This document shows positions 39,911 to 43,363 of a stretch of DNA of 43,363 bases, piece after piece; positions within the stretch are counted from its first letter, which is position 1, and each line of letters starts with the position of its first letter. Position numbers and translations under genes: made by a program. Source of the stretch: Pseudonocardiales bacterium (GTDB lineage: Bacteria; Actinomycetota; Actinomycetes; Mycobacteriales; Pseudonocardiaceae); assembly GCA_013695005.1 (NCBI GenBank), contig JACDBJ010000307.1, forward strand, positions 1 through 43,363, read 5' to 3'. The notes below the pieces were generated by a model, which saw only the letters and a list, made by a program, of their open reading frames with translations, was not told where the DNA came from and made no database searches.

Positions 39911-39950
39911 CCCAGCTGGGGACCCGGTACGTGCTGCGGTGGACCAGGCC

Positions 39951-40787
39951 GTGAACAGCGGCGCACGACTGACCGGGCTGCGCGACGGCCTGGCCCGGCT
40001 GAGGGGCCGCGAGATCGAGGTCAAGACATCCGGCGAGCTGGACGTGATGCGCGCCGCGGGTGCCGTGGTGGCCCGCACCCTCGCCGCCGTGACCGCCGCG
40101 GCCCGGCCCGGTGTCAGCACGGCGGATCTCGACGAGCTGGCCGAGCAGTGCATCCGCGACGCCGGGGCGATCCCGTCCTTCTACGGCTACCTCGGCTACC
40201 CGGCCAGCATCTGCGCGTCGGTGAACGAGCAGATCGTGCACGGCATCCCGTCGGCCACCCAGGTGCTCGCCGACGGCGACCTGATCTCGATCGACTGCGG
40301 GGCCATCGTCGACGGCTGGCACGGCGACGCAGCGGTGACCGTCGAGGTGGGCTCCGTGACCGATGCGGACCGGGCGCTGTCCGCGGCGTGCCGTGACGCG
40401 CTGCAGGGCGGGATCGCCGCGGTCCGCGTCGACGCCAGGCTGACCGACATCTCCGCTGCCGTGCAGCAGGCGGCGGTCGAGGCCGCGGGGCGCGACGGCG
40501 CCCGCTACGGCATCGTCGCCGAGTACGGCGGGCACGGTATCGGCAGCTCGATGCACATGGAGCCGTTCCTGCCCAACCTCGGCCCGCCGGGGCGCGGGCC
40601 GCGGCTGCGGCCGGGCATGGTGTTGGCCATCGAGCCGATGCTCACCGCAGGTGCGCCTCGGACCACGGAGCTGGCCGACGGGTGGACGGTGGTGGCCGCG
40701 GACGGGTCGCGCGCGGTGCACTGGGAGCACAGCGTGGCCGTCACCGAGGACGGCCCATGGGTGCTCACTGAGCTGCCCGCCAAGTGA
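39951..40787 (+). CDS. map: Type I methionine aminopeptidase
   Basis: [15 protein letters not shown]; [15 protein letters not shown]; GHGIG; AIEPM; HWEHS. Start approximate. Confidence 0.95.
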   Translation: MNSGARLTGLRDGLARLRGREIEVKTSGELDVMRAAGAVVARTLAAVTAAARPGVSTADLDELAEQCIRDAGAIPSFYGYLGYPASICASVNEQIVHGIPSATQVLADGDLISIDCGAIVDGWHGDAAVTVEVGSVTDADRALSAACRDALQGGIAAVRVDARLTDISAAVQQAAVEAAGRDGARYGIVAEYGGHGIGSSMHMEPFLPNLGPPGRGPRLRPGMVLAIEPMLTAGAPRTTELADGWTVVAADGSRAVHWEHSVAVTEDGPWVLTELPAK

Positions 40788-40929
40788 CGTGCCTGGTGAC
40801 CACGATACGGAACTCCCGGGCAGCTCTATTGCCCGAACGGGCCGTTCGTTGCATCGGAGCCAGTGATCTCGGTCGCTACGGTGCCGGGCCCGGCGGCCGG
40901 CGGCGGCCCCGTTGACTAGGTTCACGACC

Positions 40930-42039
40930 ATGGACGGTGCACGGACGGATCGTCAGCCCCGCATCGGGGTTCCCAAGGAGTCCGTCGCAGGGGAACGCCG
41001 GGTCGCGCTGGTGCCCAAGGTCGTCGAGAAGCTCACCGGGCGTGGCCTGCCGGTTGTCGTCGAGTCCGGCGCGGGTGTCGGCGCGCTGATGCCCGACGAG
41101 CTGTTCGAGGCCGCAGGCGCGACGATCGGCGACCCGTGGGACGCCGATGTCGTGGTCAAGGTGGACCGGCCGAGCGACGAGGAGATCGCCCGGCTCGGCA
41201 AGGGCCAGGTACTGATCGGGTTCCTCGCGCCGCTCTCCCACCCCGAGGTCATCGAGAAGCTGGCCGACGCCGGCGTCATGGCCTTCGCCATGGAGGCAAT
41301 CCCGCGGATCTCCCGGGCGCAGTCGATGGACGCGCTGTCCTCGCAGGCCAACGTCGCCGGCTACAAGTCGGTCCTGCTGGCCGCCGAGCTGTCCACCCGG
41401 TTCTTCCCGATGCTCACCACCGCGGCCGGCACCGTGAAGCCAGCCACCGCGCTGGTGCTCGGTGTCGGCGTCGCGGGCCTGCAGGCGCTGGCCACGGCCA
41501 AGCGGCTCGGCGCGCGCACCACCGGCTATGACGTGCGCCCCGAGGTCGCCGAGCAGGTCCGCTCGATCGGGGCGCAGTGGCTCGACCTCGGCATCGACGC
41601 CGCCGGTGAGGGCGGCTACGCCCGCCAGCTCACCGACGACGAGCGGGCCGAGCAGCAGCAGCGGCTCACCGAGGCGATCAGCAGCTTCGACGTGGTGATC
41701 ACCACCGCACTCGTTCCCGGGCGCAAGGCGCCGACGCTGGTCACCGCCACGGCGGTCAAGGGCATGCGGCCGGGCAGCGTGATCGTCGACCTCGCCGGTG
41801 AGGCCGGCGGCAACTGCGAGCTGACCGAGCCGGGCGAGACCGTCGTCAAGAACGACGTCACGATCGCGTCGCCGTTCAACCTGCCGGCCACCATGCCCGA
41901 GCACGCCAGCGAGCTCTATGCCCGCAACGTCTCGGCGCTGCTGGAGCTGATGCTCGACGACGACGGCAAGCTGGCGCCGAACTGGGACGACGAGGTGCTC
42001 GCCAAGTCGTGCGTCACCCGCGAGAAGGTGCAGGCCTGA
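40930..42039 (+). CDS. pntAA: NAD(P) transhydrogenase alpha subunit part 1
   Basis: IGVPKES..GERRVAL; PRISRAQSMDALSSQAN; GVGVAGLQA; DLAGEAGGNCE. ATG 7 nt after TAGGTT, probably leaderless. Confidence 0.95.
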   Translation: MDGARTDRQPRIGVPKESVAGERRVALVPKVVEKLTGRGLPVVVESGAGVGALMPDELFEAAGATIGDPWDADVVVKVDRPSDEEIARLGKGQVLIGFLAPLSHPEVIEKLADAGVMAFAMEAIPRISRAQSMDALSSQANVAGYKSVLLAAELSTRFFPMLTTAAGTVKPATALVLGVGVAGLQALATAKRLGARTTGYDVRPEVAEQVRSIGAQWLDLGIDAAGEGGYARQLTDDERAEQQQRLTEAISSFDVVITTALVPGRKAPTLVTATAVKGMRPGSVIVDLAGEAGGNCELTEPGETVVKNDVTIASPFNLPATMPEHASELYARNVSALLELMLDDDGKLAPNWDDEVLAKSCVTREKVQA

Positions 42040-42395
42040 TGGACAGCGAGACGACCACGTTCCTGGCGAACCTGGCGATCCTGGTGCTGGCCGGGTTCGT
42101 CGGCTTCGCCGTGATCTCCAAGGTGCCCAACACCCTGCACACCCCGCTGATGTCCGGCACCAACGCGATCCACGGCATCGTGCTGCTCGGCGGCATCGTG
42201 GTGCTCGGCACTGGGGGGGACCACCTCGGCGCCTTTGACAAGCTGCTGCTGGTCGTCGCGATCGCGTTCGGCACGATCAACGTGGTCGGCGGGTTCCTGG
42301 TCACCGACCGGATGCTGGGCATGTTCAAGGGCAAGAAGCCCGGCGCGGCCGCACCGGCCAAGGCCGCAGGCGCGGGCGAGGGTGACAAGTCATGA
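42039..42395 (+). CDS. pntAB: NAD(P) transhydrogenase alpha subunit part 2
   Basis: VPNTLHTPLMSGTNAIHG; NVVGGFLVTDRMLGMF. Confidence 0.95.
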   Translation: MDSETTTFLANLAILVLAGFVGFAVISKVPNTLHTPLMSGTNAIHGIVLLGGIVVLGTGGDHLGAFDKLLLVVAIAFGTINVVGGFLVTDRMLGMFKGKKPGAAAPAKAAGAGEGDKS

Positions 42396-43363
42396 GCACG
42401 TTGGTCGCCGTCCTATACCTGGTTGCGTTCTCGCTGTTCATCTACGGCCTGATGGGGCTGACCGGGCCGCGGACCGCCGTGCGCGGCAACCTGATCGCGG
42501 CGGCCGGCATGGGCATCGCGGTGATCGCGACGTTGTTGCTGCCCGGCACCAGCAACTGGCTGCTGATCGCGCTCGGCATCGCGATCGGCACGCTGCTGGG
42601 CGTCCCGTCCGCACGCCAGGTGAAGATGACCGCGATGCCCCAGATGGTGGCGCTGTTCAACGGCGTCGGTGGCGGCGCGGTCGCGCTGATCAGCTGGGTC
42701 GAGTTCCGCAGCAGCGGCGGGTTCGACGGCGAAGCGGTGTATATCACGGTGGCCTCGCTGTTCGGAGCCATCGCCGGCTCGGTGTCCTTCTGGGGCTCGT
42801 TGATCGCCTTCGCGAAGCTGCAGGGGATCCTGCCCGGGCGTCCGATCGGACTTGGCCGGTTGCAGATCGTGCTCAACGTCGTGCTGCTTGCGGGTGCGGT
42901 CGCTGCCGCCGTGGCCATCGGCATGGGCGGCGACAGCGAGCTGCTGATCATCGCGGTGCTGGTGCTCAGCGCGGTGCTGGGGCTGGCGGTCGTGCTGCCG
43001 ATCGGCGGCGCGGACATGCCGGTGGTGATCTCACTGCTCAACGCGCTCACCGGGCTCAGTGCGGCCGCGGCGGGCCTGTCGCTCAACAACACCGCGATGA
43101 TTGTCGCCGGCATGATCGTCGGAGCGTCCGGCTCGATCCTGACCAACCTGATGGCCAAGGCGATGAACCGCTCCATCCCGGCGATCGTGGCTGGCGGCTT
43201 CGGCGGCGGCGGGGTCGCCGTCGGGGGCGGGGAGGGCGGCGACAAGACGGTGCGCTCCACCAGCGCTGCCGACGCGGCGCTGCAGATGGCCTACGCCGAC
43301 CAGGTCGTCGTGGTGCCCGGCTACGGCATGGCGGTCGCCCAGGCCCAGCACGCGGTGAAGGAC
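42392..43363 (+). CDS. pntB: NAD(P) transhydrogenase beta subunit (partial, runs off the window)
   Basis: Read by hand: MSTLVAVLYLVAFSLFIYGL...VKMTAMPQMVALFNGVGG...PIGGADMPVVISLLN...VVVVPGYGMAVAQAQH. Confidence 0.95.
   Translation, partial: MSTLVAVLYLVAFSLFIYGLMGLTGPRTAVRGNLIAAAGMGIAVIATLLLPGTSNWLLIALGIAIGTLLGVPSARQVKMTAMPQMVALFNGVGGGAVALISWVEFRSSGGFDGEAVYITVASLFGAIAGSVSFWGSLIAFAKLQGILPGRPIGLGRLQIVLNVVLLAGAVAAAVAIGMGGDSELLIIAVLVLSAVLGLAVVLPIGGADMPVVISLLNALTGLSAAAAGLSLNNTAMIVAGMIVGASGSILTNLMAKAMNRSIPAIVAGGFGGGGVAVGGGEGGDKTVRSTSAADAALQMAYADQVVVVPGYGMAVAQAQHAVKD

Noticed and set aside
40910-40927. Rex operator upstream of pntAA
   Set aside because: Only the right half (TTCACGA) resembles TTGTGAA-N4-TTCACAA; the left half matches 3 of 7.

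Overview
High-GC actinobacterial chromosome segment, probably Pseudonocardiales-like (inferred from gene order and protein sequences). About 1-5.3 kb is an accessory patch: a frameshifted membrane-anchored protein, a VOC protein, an acyl-CoA dehydrogenase, a PIG-L deacetylase, a holin-like membrane protein, an orphan LuxR HTH and an excalibur-domain protein. The core transcription/translation supercluster follows: tRNA-Thr, tRNA-Met, rpmG, a MaoC/hadAB-like pair, an aminotransferase, tRNA-Trp, secE-nusG-rplK-rplA, a 3-gene antisense insert, rplJL, rpoBC, rpsLG-fusA-tuf, the S10 and spc operons, secY-adk-map, then pntAA-pntAB-pntB (partial). The main anomaly is inside the S10 operon. A ~230-bp insert between rpsS and rplV encodes a 50-aa radical-SAM N-terminal fragment (CxxxCxxC) with its own strong RBS and an upstream palindrome, and its stop overlaps (ATGA) an in-frame ATG of rplV. 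That rplV has atypical codon usage and a Pro in the macrolide-associated MKR position of the tunnel loop. Other notable items: L4 with a long linker and an extra C-terminal domain, a coupled mini-ORF that re-creates the EF-G C-terminus, a 15-nt motif shared by the rpsL and rpsJ leaders, and a REP-like palindromic element after rpoC. No CRISPR array, transposase, integrase or rRNA was seen. All counts and alignments were done by eye.
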